From: Macrostomum lignano
Taxonomy: Eukaryota
NCBI GenBank assembly: GCA_002269645.1
Contig: NIVC01001804.1
Span: forward strand, 42,978-106,977
Reading direction: 5' to 3'
Length of the DNA: 64,000 bases
Shown: in pieces, positions 1-10,822 of the stretch
Position numbering within the stretch: position 1 is the stretch's first letter
Layout: each line of letters opens with the position of its first letter
Position numbers and translations under genes: made by a program
The notes under the pieces: model-generated
The model's input: the letters and a program-made list of their open reading frames with translations, nothing else
The model's database searches: none
What the model was told of the DNA's origin: nothing

Positions 1-415
1 AGCTGACTTGGCGTGAAAGCTGGTCAACTTTCTGTGGCACAACACGATACAGGCTGTTTCTCATCCAAACAGGGTTCCTCTGCAAGTGGTCGCTCACATT
101 TGTCATGATAGTACTGAGGTCGAGCTCACGGAAGTTTTTCTCGATGAAATCGCAAACAGTCTGCACGTACAGCGAACCCGTGTTGATGCTTCTAAAGGCG
201 ACTGAGCCTGGACTGTTGGCGTAGCAGACCAGAAAGTCGCTCTCTGGGGTACAGACTGTGAGGTTGTACCTTGTTTCCTCTCGCGAATAGGAAGCAAAAG
301 TTCGATCCTGGCGGCTTCCGCGACCGGCCTGAATGAAGAACACCTTTGGCTTTCCTTCTAGGCTTCGGCAGACAGAGGTCTGTGATGCGATGGTAGTGGC
401 GGTAAAGTCTTCAGC
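1..415 (-). CDS. P1 last exon: caspase C-terminal part, KPKVFFIQAGRG plus small subunit
   Basis: My translation is AEDFTATTIASQTSVCRSLEGKPKVFFIQAGRGSRQD...SDFLVCYANSPGSVAFRSINTGSLYVQTVCDFIEKNF...PQKVDQLSRQVS, with no stop before position 1. It is collinear with 47922-48374. Confidence 0.88.
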
Positions 416-3400
416 CTTTCAATAGTGAATTCCAGTCTAGTCCAGACTTTTGCAAATGCGAGAAACCAATTCTTTTTCAGACAATATTACACTTTGTTTC
501 AATATCATACTCGTACATTTCTATACGGAGCTATTTGAATAACCCTATTATTGCATATATCTAGTAACCATAATAGAAGCTAAGCATGTATTTTTGGCTT
601 ACCTGAAACCTTTCGATCACTTTTCGAATTTCGTAGGGACACCCGTCCCTACCGTAGATGCAGTCGTGGCTGCCGTGCGCCATCAGGAAGCAGACAAAGC
701 TGCCGTGCTTGGCAAGGTCTCGTGACTTTTTAATCTCACTGAGGAAATCATCCAACTGCTCAGTAGTAAGGTCTTTTTTTATCTTGACGATGAAGCGCAG
801 CCTCTCGAATACCCGTTTCGCTTGTTCAACATCATGATCAGAACCCTTACGCTCTGTAATACTGAATGTGATGTCACTTCCGGACTCGTACCTGCTGATG
901 TTGATGATGAGGCAGTAGCCTTGCGGGTCCGTCACTGGATAGAAGTCTCCGTCGAGCCTGGAATGCAGCAGACGCTCAATATACTCGTAATTTTTTATAC
1001 TGACAACAAAAACATAAATTATGTAGTAGCACCTTGGTGGTTGATGTCGAACTATTTTGGCTCGCATAGCTCCGCTGAGGTTTCTAAAAAGTTTTTTTTC
1101 ATTGTCAAAAGGAAATTTATTTGAACTATTCAATGAGTGAATATTTGTTAGCAGTTTTCACTGGACAAATAAAGTAACATCGACTCACAAATCTGCTTCC
1201 TCCGCTTTATCATCTCTTGGTTCTTCCGAATGGTCCGTGACAATTTTTCGCCTAAAATGGTCAAAAAGCTTTGTAGTCTATTAGCTATGCTTTCAGAAGC
1301 TGTGTGTGCTGTAGCTGTGTGCTGTAGCTGTGTGTGCTGTAGCTGTGTGCTGTAGCTGTGTGTGCTGTAGCTGTGTGTGCTGTAGCTGTGTGTGCTGTAG
1401 CTGTGTGCTGTAGCTGTGTGTGCTGTAGCTGTGTGCTGTAGCTGTGTGTGCTGTAGCTGTGTGTGCTGTAGCTGTGTGTGCTGTAGCTGTGTGCTGTAGC
1501 TGTGTGTGCTGTAGCTGTGTGCTGTAGCTGTGTGTGCTGTAGCTGTGTGCTGTAGCTGTGTGTGCTGTAGCTGTGTGCTGTAGCTGTGTGTGCTGTAGCT
1601 GTGTGCTGTAGCTGTGTGTGCTGTAGCTGTGAGCTGTAGCTGTGTGTACTGTAGCTGTGTGTGCTGTAGCTGTGTGTGCTGTAGCTGTGGGTGCTGTAGC
1701 TGTGTGTGCTGTAGCTGTGTGTGCTGTGCTGTAGATGCGTGCTGTAGCTATGTGCTGTAGCTGTGTATGCTGTAGCTGTGTGTCCTGAAGGAACTCACGG
1801 CAGTGCCAGAGGCTCGTTGAAGTAAATCTTGCCTTCGTAACTAAAATTGCAGAGTGGAGTCTGAAGTCAGGGGAATAGAGGATGAGCGCCCTTGCTCCAT
1901 GCTTCACTCTATGTTTTATCGATCTTCATTCTGTTTAACTGTCGAGCTTGCAACTTTCCAATTCTTTACCGTAATAATACAGAAAAGTACTACAAAAACT
2001 GCCCCATTTTACGAGCGTAAGTTAAAACTATTTTTTCACAGCAAAATGCTTGCTGCGCTGAAGTCTCACCATAGACCGTATATTCCATGGGCCACTCACT
2101 ATTAAAACTACTCGTATGTAAAAATTAAACCACTTTAAAGCTCACTTTCAGGGAGGTTAATGACATAGATTTTATTTTCGGGATTTAATCGATCACTTTC
2201 CCGGACATATTGCAAGGATTATTGTATGTACCTAAATAAGCGAGCTTCTCTCTTCTCTTCCTTCGTGACTCGAGAAATTTCTTAATGAAATTTTGTCTAT
2301 GGTAAGAATGTGGGGGCTTCGCCTCTACACCCCCAGCAGGGGCTTCGCCCCCACACCCCAATCCCCAACTTCAACCATAGACATACAAGTACCCCGAAAA
2401 AAGCTGGAAAAATCTTTAGGCCGACCACAGTCGCTGAAAGTTTAAGTTCAGTAGCTGAGGGACATAGAAAGTATTTTTGCAATGGAGAAGAAATATAAAT
2501 TTATTTCAGTTGCACGAAGATACAGAAACTTCACAACCGCTAAAAAGACTGCCGTATATGAAAGTAAGTGAAAAAATTTGACACTTTTCTGTAAAAGCGG
2601 CAAACCTTTTAGGCAGACTTGAATATGCCTCTGCTTCTGCTTCTTGGAAACTCAGAACTTTGTGGTCCTTGACGATGAGTTTTCCGATGACAGCTTGGTT
2701 GCCGAGACAGCAGTTTAGGTCACGCAAGCGCTAATCTTTAATCAAGAACTAACAGAAGCCTTTAGTTGTTGGCACCATGATCTCACGCAGGGCCGTCTGG
2801 AGGTCATTGAACGACTTGCTTCCAGGTTTGTCTGGCGCCGCGCTATCTGCCGATTTTTCGTATAGAGCCGGCGACAGTCGCAGCAGCAAGACTTGAGCTC
2901 GTGCGGCTGGATCCCAGTTGAACAATGCGGCTCCAATCTCAAAGCCAACGATCCAAATTGGCCGTCTCCTCGAGTCTTCCAACCTCAGACATGCCCGACG
3001 TTGGACTCCACTTTGGGTGACGCTCTGGTTATCACTCGGAGTTGCTCGTGACTGGGGGCTGCTTGAAGACACTGCTCCATTGCGGCTTGCAGAAATTGTA
3101 GCCGAATTGGTCCTTGCCTGTGCAAAAGACTTTGTTGGATCCCCTGCTGTCTTGGCTGGCTCCTTGCTCATTGCGTCAGGTTAGAATCGCTGCGACGCCA
3201 ATACTACTACTGAGGCTGTGTTTATTTGAGTTGCAGCTCGCAGCCGATAAACTACGTATATTTCTGCTCAGCCGTAGGCCGTGCTCCAGAGCTTTCTATC
3301 TTAATAAATCTAAATATACTAAATCTCTAATATTTGTTTGTTTGTTTGTTTGTTTGTATGTTTGTCCATAACGCTCTAGAGATTGCAATTCTTCACCGAT

Positions 3401-6400
3401 TTTGATCGCGTTTTCGTCAAAAGATTCGAAATTGTCTAATAATAATAATTGTCTAATATGATTGTGTAAACAATCATAGAAGCGTCATGTAAACAGTCAT
3501 AGAAGCGTCATGGAAGAATAAAAGAAGCGTCATGTAAAAATCAAAAGAAGCGTCATGTCAGACATGAAAGAAGTGTAATGTAAAAATTAAATGAAGCTAT
3601 TGTGCTGTGCTGGGGAGACTTACTGAGATGTCAAGGCTCACGGAGAATAACTGAGATTACGGAGGGGGGTTTCTGAGATGTCAAAGCAAAAGTCAGAAAC
3701 TACTTCAAAGTACATGTACTTTACTCAAATTTTTTATTACATTCTTTGTTGGCTCGCCACGGGGGGGCGCTGATAGAAGAAGAGTCATGTAAAAAAGAAA
3801 AGAAGCACTATGTATACATAAAAGAAGAGTCATGTCGAAGTTAAAAGATTCATTTGGGAATTGCTACGATGTCAAGGCTTGGAGGGAATCGCTATAGTGC
3901 TGTGATTCTTGAAGAAAGAATCACTAAATTGTCAAGGCTTAGGGGAAAAGAATTGCTGAGATTTCAAGGCTTTTATAGGTTGGGTTAAAGTTAGGTTTAG
4001 GTCAGGTTTGGGTTGAGGGTTAGATTTTAGCGGGTTTCAAAGTTAACAGGGGATTTTTCAGATATCGAGGTTTATGGGGGGCATTGCTGACATTTCAAGG
4101 CTTACGGGGGAAATAGCTGAGATGTCAAGGTTCATGGGGGAATAAATGAGATGTCAAGGCTAAAGTCAGAAGCTACATGTAGTCTATTGAAAACTTTTTT
4201 TCATTATTTGTTGGCTCCTCACGGGAGGGAGGGATCGCTGATAGAAAAAGCGTAATGTAAAAAATAAGAAGCTTAATGTCGAAGTTAAGAGATTCATTTG
4301 GGAATCCCTACGATGTCGAGGCTTGCAGGGAATCGCTATAATGCTGTAGTGCTATAATGACTGTTGGAGAGAATTACTGAAATGTCAATGCTTTAGGGTT
4401 AGGGTTAGGGTTAGGGTTAGGGTTAGGGTTAGGGTAAGGTTAGGGTTGGAAGGTTGACAGATTTTTTTTAGATTTCAAGGCTTTTTGGGGGCATTGCTGA
4501 GATGTCAAGGGGGAAGTTGATATGTTAAAGCTTGTGGGGGGGGAATTACTGACATATCAAGGCTTACAAGGGACTTCTGATATATATTGCAAAAAGATTC
4601 TACATGTACTTTATTACAAAGCTTGTACTGCATTTTTGGCTCCCCGACGCTAAGATACTAAGCTAAAAAATACTACTAGCGCTTTACAAACTTATGCAGA
4701 TGTCAGGCTGTAGGGTTAGTGTTCGGGTTGGTATTAGGGTTTAGGTTTAGGGTTAGGTTCAGGGTTATTGCGTTAAGATTCGTGTTAGGGTTAGGGTTAG
4801 AGTAGCTTATAACTTAGCTCATGTAGCTTATTAAAAATGTTTATCATGGAAGCATCATGCAAAAACAATGGAAGCGTCATATAAAAATCATAGAAGCATC
4901 ATGCAACAACCCATGGACAAAATATTGAATTTAGGGTTTTGGTTAGGATTTGGGTTAGTGTTAGAAGTTTGACAGGAGATTTTTTAAGATTTCAAGACTA
5001 CATGTAGCTTATTAAAAAACGCGTATTGCATTTCTTTGGCTCCCCAACGGGGGGCGTAGATTGCTAGTTAGCTTCTAAATTATTATGAGCATAGTAAACT
5101 TCCAACTAAGAAAAATACATTAGCCTGTGTTCTGAATTTTTATGTATGGCCAAGCTACTACAAAAATGTGAAAAATGCCCACTCAGAGCAACTGCAGTCA
5201 GCTGCTCAATATTCAATCATAATTTACAGCACATATAGTTTTCATGCATACATTCTCAGACATTCTCATTCTCAGTCGCCATGAAAACTCACCCACGCAG
5301 CAGCTCAGCCAGTCTCCAGTTTCTCTTTTGTGTGGCCAAGGCTAGCGCAGTCCTATACTTATTGTTCTTCAGGCTCCAATCCGCCCCTGAGTCCAGCAGA
5401 ACCTGACTGACGTGCTGGGGCGCCCAGCAGGTGACTGCCTGTATGAGGGGTGTGTATTCACACTGATTCCTCGCATTGGCGGAGGCTCCGGCAGCCAGCA
5501 GAGCGGAAGCTGCGGCAGAATTGCCATCTTTGACTGCATGATGCAAACAACTGTCAGCAGCAGTATTCGCACAGGTGGGATCACCAAGCTCCACCAGCTG
5601 CTTCCACAGAGCCTCATCACTCCTCCAAGCTTCGTTCATCGCAATATAACCCCGTCTGTCATAAGCATCCATCTCCACCAGCTTCATCCGATCCTCAGCA
5701 TTGAGCTGAGCTACGCCCATCAACGCGGTGAGACCCAAAAAGTCAGGCAGGTCGCAGCTGTCGCGGGTCGCTGCTCGTCGCAGTCCCACCAAGTCGCGCG
5801 CGTTCACCAGCCGCTGCAGCTTCTGTCGATCCGCCTCCTCCTGCAAAGACGAACGGAAACTTTGAGCACAGCTACTCAGCTGCTGCAACATCAGCACCGC
5901 AGATTCCACTCACCTGAGCTGTCAGACCGGAGATAGTGCCATATTCATCCACAACTAGCCGCATCTCCCTGCAACAGCAAAAATGAGCAGCGATGCGAAT
6001 ATGCAATTTTCTAAAATATGACAATTCCGATTGACAAAAAATTTACTTTAATAAGGTCTAGATAATTTTTCATGATAAATTTAGTAAATGGAAATTCCTA
6101 CTTATCTGAGCTGCTTACAGATGGAGTTTCCAAGAGGACTGCAGCAGCTCTGCAACAATCAGCATTGGCGAGAGCGCATCCGACTTCTCACACGCAGCTC
6201 ATTTTCCATTTCTGCAGCATTAGTTTCCTTCCATCTCACAATGTCTCACAAAGCACTCACGCACAGCCTCCCAGTTCTCCATCTGCAGCTCAACCCACAC
6301 ACTCTCACTGCACACCGAGGCCCTACAGCTTCCATTCTTGACTGAGATCAACCGGCACCCCATTGGCTGGGAGGCAGCCAGCTTATCAAGCAGCGAACTG

Positions 6401-7245
6401 CTCACTCACCGCTTGATGTAGCTGGCCAGCTCTGAGTGGCCGCTGAGCCTCGCCAGTGCGGACGCTGTCCAATCTTCGAGATCTTTCAGTCTGAGCAGCC
6501 GCGACCTCTTCGAGTTTCTGTGCTGTCTGCATTCATTGAACCTGTCCTGCCTCAGCAGGTGCAGCAGGTGCTTGGCGCATTTCCAGCTTCCAGTCCGCGC
6601 CGCCTCCATCAGCGGAGTGGCGCCGTTGTCATTCCGCAGCCACTTCGCATCGAACGACAGCAGCGTCAGCAGCCGCAGGTGGTCCCGCCGGGCTGCCAGG
6701 TGCGCAGCCGTGTTGCCGTTCGCGTCAGCTGCCTTGGGGATTGCGCCCAGCTCAAATAAGTACAAGATGCACTTTTCAGTGTGCACGGGAGTCTCAGGAG
6801 CGTCGGCCACCAGCATGAGGACGGTCCGACGATCTGCATCAGCGCTGGTGACCAGCTGGCGCGTTGCCAGCCGCCGCACCTTGCCGAAGTCACCTTGGAT
6901 GACGAGCTTGGCGAGAGTGTGGAGATCGGCTGGTGAGTCTCCGACGCTTTCCCGGTTGCTGGGGTCCGGCTTAGTGAGTTGCTGCAACTGCAATTAAAGC
7001 ATCTCTAACCTAAGTGCAAATCTTAGCACTGAAGTATTTTAGGAGACTTGAATTTACGAGCGTATGAGCTACTGGAGTAGCTGAGAGATGACTAATTTAT
7101 TACTAATTATTAGTTACTAATTACAGATTACTAGTCAATTTCAATAACTTCAACTTACCGCTCTGTCAGAGAACATGGTTATTTTTTCGCTTTCTGACGA
7201 AGTGCTTGACGTGCTCAAAGAGCTTGAACTTGAAGAGCTGGACAT
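1..7245 (-). CDS. P1: ankyrin-ankyrin-pseudocaspase (catalytic Cys to Gly), 8 exons, last exon runs off the window start
   Basis: Manual exon chain: 7245-7159 (87 nt), 6987-6410 (578), 5968-5914 (55), 5840-5293 (548), 1840-1799 (42), 1251-1189 (63), 1083-603 (481), 415-<1. All junctions are AG/GT and the phases match (0,2,0,2,2,2,0). The frame is open throughout (756 codons inside the window). The structure is the same as P3. Confidence 0.78.
603..1083 (-). CDS. P1 exon 7: caspase large subunit (peptidase C14)
   Basis: Contains PQGYCLIINISRY, ERKGSDHDV and SFVCFLMAHG (catalytic His). Donor is CAG|GTAAGC at 603/602; acceptor is TTTTAG|A at 1084/1083. Confidence 0.88.
1293..1785 (+). repeat. 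13/15-bp minisatellite (TG)nCTGTAGC in P1 intron 5
   Basis: Tandem TGTGTGCTGTAGC / TGTGTGTGCTGTAGC units. The same repeat occupies the equivalent intron of P3. Confidence 0.95.
2506..3171 (-). mobile_element. Degenerate LTR-retrotransposon gag-like fragment inside P1 intron 4
   Basis: WIVGFEIGAALFNWDPAARAQVLLLRLSPALYEK...SFNDLQTALREIM resembles retrotransposon gag and is broken by stops. Recognised by eye only. Confidence 0.4.
3309..5067 (+). mobile_element. Non-autonomous Helitron-like element in P1 intron 4
   Basis: The 5' end is A|TCTAAATATACTAAA followed by a TTTG microsatellite. The 3' end is a hairpin (GCTCCCCAACGGGGGGC), then GATTGCTAG|T at 5064-5068. The termini match the family at 21056-35974. 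Confidence 0.65.
4393..4445 (+). repeat. Interstitial telomeric-type (TTAGGG)n tract
   Basis: Seven perfect TTAGGG units (4393-4434), then TAAGG and one more unit. Degenerate units also occur at about 3985-4030 and 4710-4800. Confidence 0.9.
5293..5840 (-). CDS. P1 exon 4: second ankyrin-repeat domain (ANK-A)
   Basis: DSCLHHAVKDGNSAAASALLAAGASANARN and YTPLIQAV motifs. Acceptor CTTTGCAG|GAG; donor GG|GTGAGT, which contains the ORF-track stop. Confidence 0.88.
6410..6987 (-). CDS. P1 exon 2: first ankyrin-repeat domain (ANK-B)
   Basis: NTAAHLAARRDH and GATPLMEAARTG motifs. 578 nt, as in all five copies in the window. Donor CG|GTGAGT. Confidence 0.88.
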
Positions 7246-8862
7246 GGCAAAGCGCAGGGTGCTTGTTGGCGCAGGATGGCTGGGAAGTTCGGCATTGGGG
7301 CGGGGCAGGGACCTCTGCGGCAGATTTTATTGCTTTGGCTGCTCGCGGAGGACTGGCTGAGCGGCTTTGCTGTTCATCTCTTGCATTGTACTGAAGACCA
7401 GATAGGCAGGCTGCACAGTGCGCAATACGATGCATATTTTATGCTGTGCTGTGAAACAATAACTTCTCTTCTCATCTCACCCGTCTCTCTAATTAGCAAC
7501 AGTCTTTCAAAAGCTGAGGTTAGCATTATCTAAAAATGGGCTTGCTGCCAGGACCATTAAATAGACAATGGGCAGGTATCCAATGGGCCGTTGGAAATTT
7601 AATTTTCTTCACGAATGCCAGAATGTTTTTTGTAATATAAAACAACGAATGAACAAAATACGCTCGTAGTAGCAATTATAACGGTTAGAATAAATCGGCT
7701 TCAACGAATTATCACTACAATCAATTTAAAGACGCCACAACCCTCCCACTCTCAATCTCCATCTCGTAGGCTAAACGTTTGCATTTTTCTCAGCAGGTGG
7801 TACAGTATTCTGACCTGTCGATCCAAAAGGGTGGCCAACGCGAACATCTGATAAGTTGACCCTGCAACCAATGCATTCCAGGCATAAAAAAGTTCGATCG
7901 CTCAATCTCGATTGGCTATTGTCGATTTAGGCTGCCCATTGTCGAGATCAGTATCTTACCAAATGGTATGTAGGTGTGTCATCGCTATTGGCTTGATTTG
8001 TGGCATCCTGACCTGACTCCATATCCACAAAGAATTGTGTTGTGTCGTGTAACTTGACAGGCCAACTTCATTATAATTATTACGCTAATGTTTCTGGTAT
8101 AACGTAAATGCTAATTATAGTATTAATATTATTCCTGTCATTTACTTATACTGCCACTTTAAGTAGAGTAGTTGATAAAGTACCTGTACAATTTATCATT
8201 AATCACGCTACATCTTTGGCTCTTGAATTTATCGATCGTGCAGTTTCTCTAGCGTGAATAAAATATCGATCATGTCGTTTTTCTAAAATGCTAAATACAC
8301 TAAAGACTAAAATATATATAAAGCAACTGTGCGCACCTAGAAATTTACTCTGCAACTCATCTGGAAACTTCAAGTCTCGGCTATACAACAAATTGCAGTT
8401 GAACGACAAATCAATTTCATCAATATGGACTAAATTTCCACGAGTAGAAAGTGGTTAAAACCTGCTCCGGTTAGTTAGTTTTTGATGCCTTATCTGATTT
8501 TCCAACACTGCACATCTGTTTATATAGGCCTATGACATTTGAACTTTTACAAATCCTCTTGCTCTTTGAAATCTTTGCAGTTTGACGTGTGTATGCCGAT
8601 GTCTATGGCCAGAAAGTCAGAGGTCACATATAACGGTCTCGAGGCGAGCGAGATGAGACTATACCTTTTAGTTTTAACAATTTTTTTGGACATTAGTGAA
8701 GTTAATTTAGTCATTAGTCAGCTCAGTCCTAGAAAAGTCATAGACTATAGACTATATAGACCATAGACTATAGTTAAGAAATGAAATCGATTTAGTCAAG
8801 TGCCACGTATTTAAACCTTTCCATGACTTGATTTTAGTCAAAGTGAATTTTATTTAGTCATC

Positions 8863-9522
8863 ATGGCGGCAGAGTTCATGGCTTGCAAAGTTTGGTTGCA
8901 GAGTTCATGGCTGAACTGTCTGCATTGGTTGATGAGCCGTTCTGCCTTCTGCCGTTCATCAAGCCTGCAGCTGACCAAGTTGTCCAGTTACTTTGATCGC
9001 TCGACTGGAGAACGACTACAGGATGAAGTGATTTACACTTTATTGTATGTCTTGGGAGAGCGCGGTCAAGAGCACCTCCAACACCTTCGTCAGAGAGACA
9101 TACTCGTAGAAAAAGAAGACGGCGACGGCAAGAAGTATTACGAGCTACCTAACCTCAGAACCAAGAACCAGAGTGCCAATCCAGTCAAGGCCAAAGGTTT
9201 CAACACAAAGCAAGCGAGAATCTATGGCGGTCAGTATGAACTCATTAAGACCTACCTTCAAGTCCTGCCCAACGAAACCAAGGACAATTCGTTTTTTCCA
9301 AGACCGATGGCAAATAAAGAAGGACAGCTGCAGTTTTCAACTAAGCAGGTTCGTGGGATCAATTGGTTAGGATCGTTCATGACTCGATTAAGCACCCTGT
9401 GTGAGCTCAGCAAAAAGTATACGAACCATTGCATTCGAGTAATCCATAGCTACTGGGAAAACACTTGGTACTTGGCAGTTTCTGTTGGGAGCGCGAGGTT
9501 TTCCAGCACGCGGTTCATCACG

Positions 9523-9540
<18 letters not shown>
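8863..9540 (+). mobile_element. Crypton-like tyrosine recombinase fragment (DUF3504/KCTD1-ZMYM-like), truncated
   Basis: GERGQE...TKN...RIY...YELIKTYL...FFPRP...GINWLGSFM...KKYTNHCIR matches the Crypton YR pattern. The final catalytic His/Tyr segment is absent. Confidence 0.6.
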
Positions 9541-9553
<13 letters not shown>

Positions 9554-9700
9554 TGACTGACTGACTGACTGACTGACTGACTGACTGACTGACTGACTGA
9601 CTGACTGACTGACTGACTGACTGACTGACTGACTGACTGACTGACTGACTGACTGACTGACTGACTGACTGACTGACTGACTGACTGACTGACTGACTGA
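9528..9700 (+). repeat. (ACTG)n microsatellite, about 43 units
   Basis: A pure tetranucleotide run at the point where the Crypton fragment and the Mab-21 reading frame converge. Confidence 0.97.
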
Positions 9701-10822
9701 TGGTCGGACCAAAAGCAAAACTTCCACGCCGAGTCGCGGCTGCTCAGATGCCACATCACGAACTCCACAGTCGCTTCAGTCGCCGACTTCTCACGAGACC
9801 AAGCGATGCCTCTGCTTACCGAGTGACCTGAGCACGAGCTCACGACTCTCTCTGCAGTTTCTCGGTCATCAAACTTCAGGCAAGCCAGCGCTCTGAGAGC
9901 CTCCCGTGCTGAGAGGGCGCAGTCTGGCAGTCTGGCAATCAGCTCTGTGAGCGACTCCTGAGATCGCTGGCTGCAGTCACTGCGCGAGAGACGCACCAGA
10001 CACTCTCTCACCACGTCGTAGATCTGATAGTACTCGAGAGCACTGGACTTCGCGAGGGGCATCGGACTCAGATCCGGCAGGATTTGGAACGGGTGGAAGT
10101 AGAATGTGCCTGAGTCGCTCACAGGTCTGAGACTGCCGATGAACTGCTGCAGCAGTTGGGGCAGCCGATCGATTACTGTTCTCAGTGTGCTCATGATGCG
10201 GTCCAAATGCTGGTCCGCTCTCTCCTTAGCCGCACCCTTGAGGTAGATGGCCGCATCGCTGAGAAAGAAATGGTTCATGATGCGACCCCGAGATCGGTCA
10301 GGTGTGTCAGGTGTTTGTCCTGCTCTCGGCTCTTCTCCACACAGTCGAGCAGCATCTGCAGCGACTGTCTCGTGAGACTCACGAGGTTCTCCTTCTTCCA
10401 CTGCTCGACCGGCGTCTCATCCACCATTCGGAAGGTGATGGTCTTCACGTGGTAGGACTTCAAGCCTCGCTGATTGAAGCCATCTTTGTGACAGATGACC
10501 TTCTTGACCAGGTATTTGAGTGTGACGAACAGTTGGCCTTGCAGGGTAGTGAGACTTCGCAGCATCCGGTTCTCCAGGAAGCTGGTGCTCACGCGGAGCT
10601 CTTCGCCTCCTCGGTCAGGAGAGGCTGCGTACACCACGTGACAGGGCGATGAGTCGGAGGTGAGAACCTCCTGGAGAGCCTCCAGCACAGGATGGGGGAT
10701 GTTGGAGATGCGGTTTGGCAGCAGCGGCGCGATGGGCGGGTAGCGGCAGAGACGGCATGCAGAGACATTGTCCAGCGCTGGCTTCAGTGTGCATCCGGGC
10801 GTCGGATAAGCAGGATTTGAGG
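9700..10822 (-). CDS. Mab-21 domain and helical C-terminal region, split across two frames
   Basis: ORF 10275-10901 has CHVV...LRVSTSFLENRMLRSL...LFVTLKYLVKK...LKSYHVKTITFRMVDETPVEQWKKENL. The expected continuation GRIMNHFF lies in ORF 9526-10401, a different frame. Confidence 0.78.

Noticed and set aside
4393-4445. A true telomere or chromosome end
   Set aside because: The tract is only about 50 bp and lies inside an element within an intron.
5289-6993. Stand-alone short ankyrin proteins as given by the ORF track (also at 20343, 36426, 39219, 42011, 50760, 51963 and 13003)
   Set aside because: Their starts are TTG/GTG codons in intron or acceptor sequence, and their stops fall inside consensus splice donors in every copy. 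They are exons.
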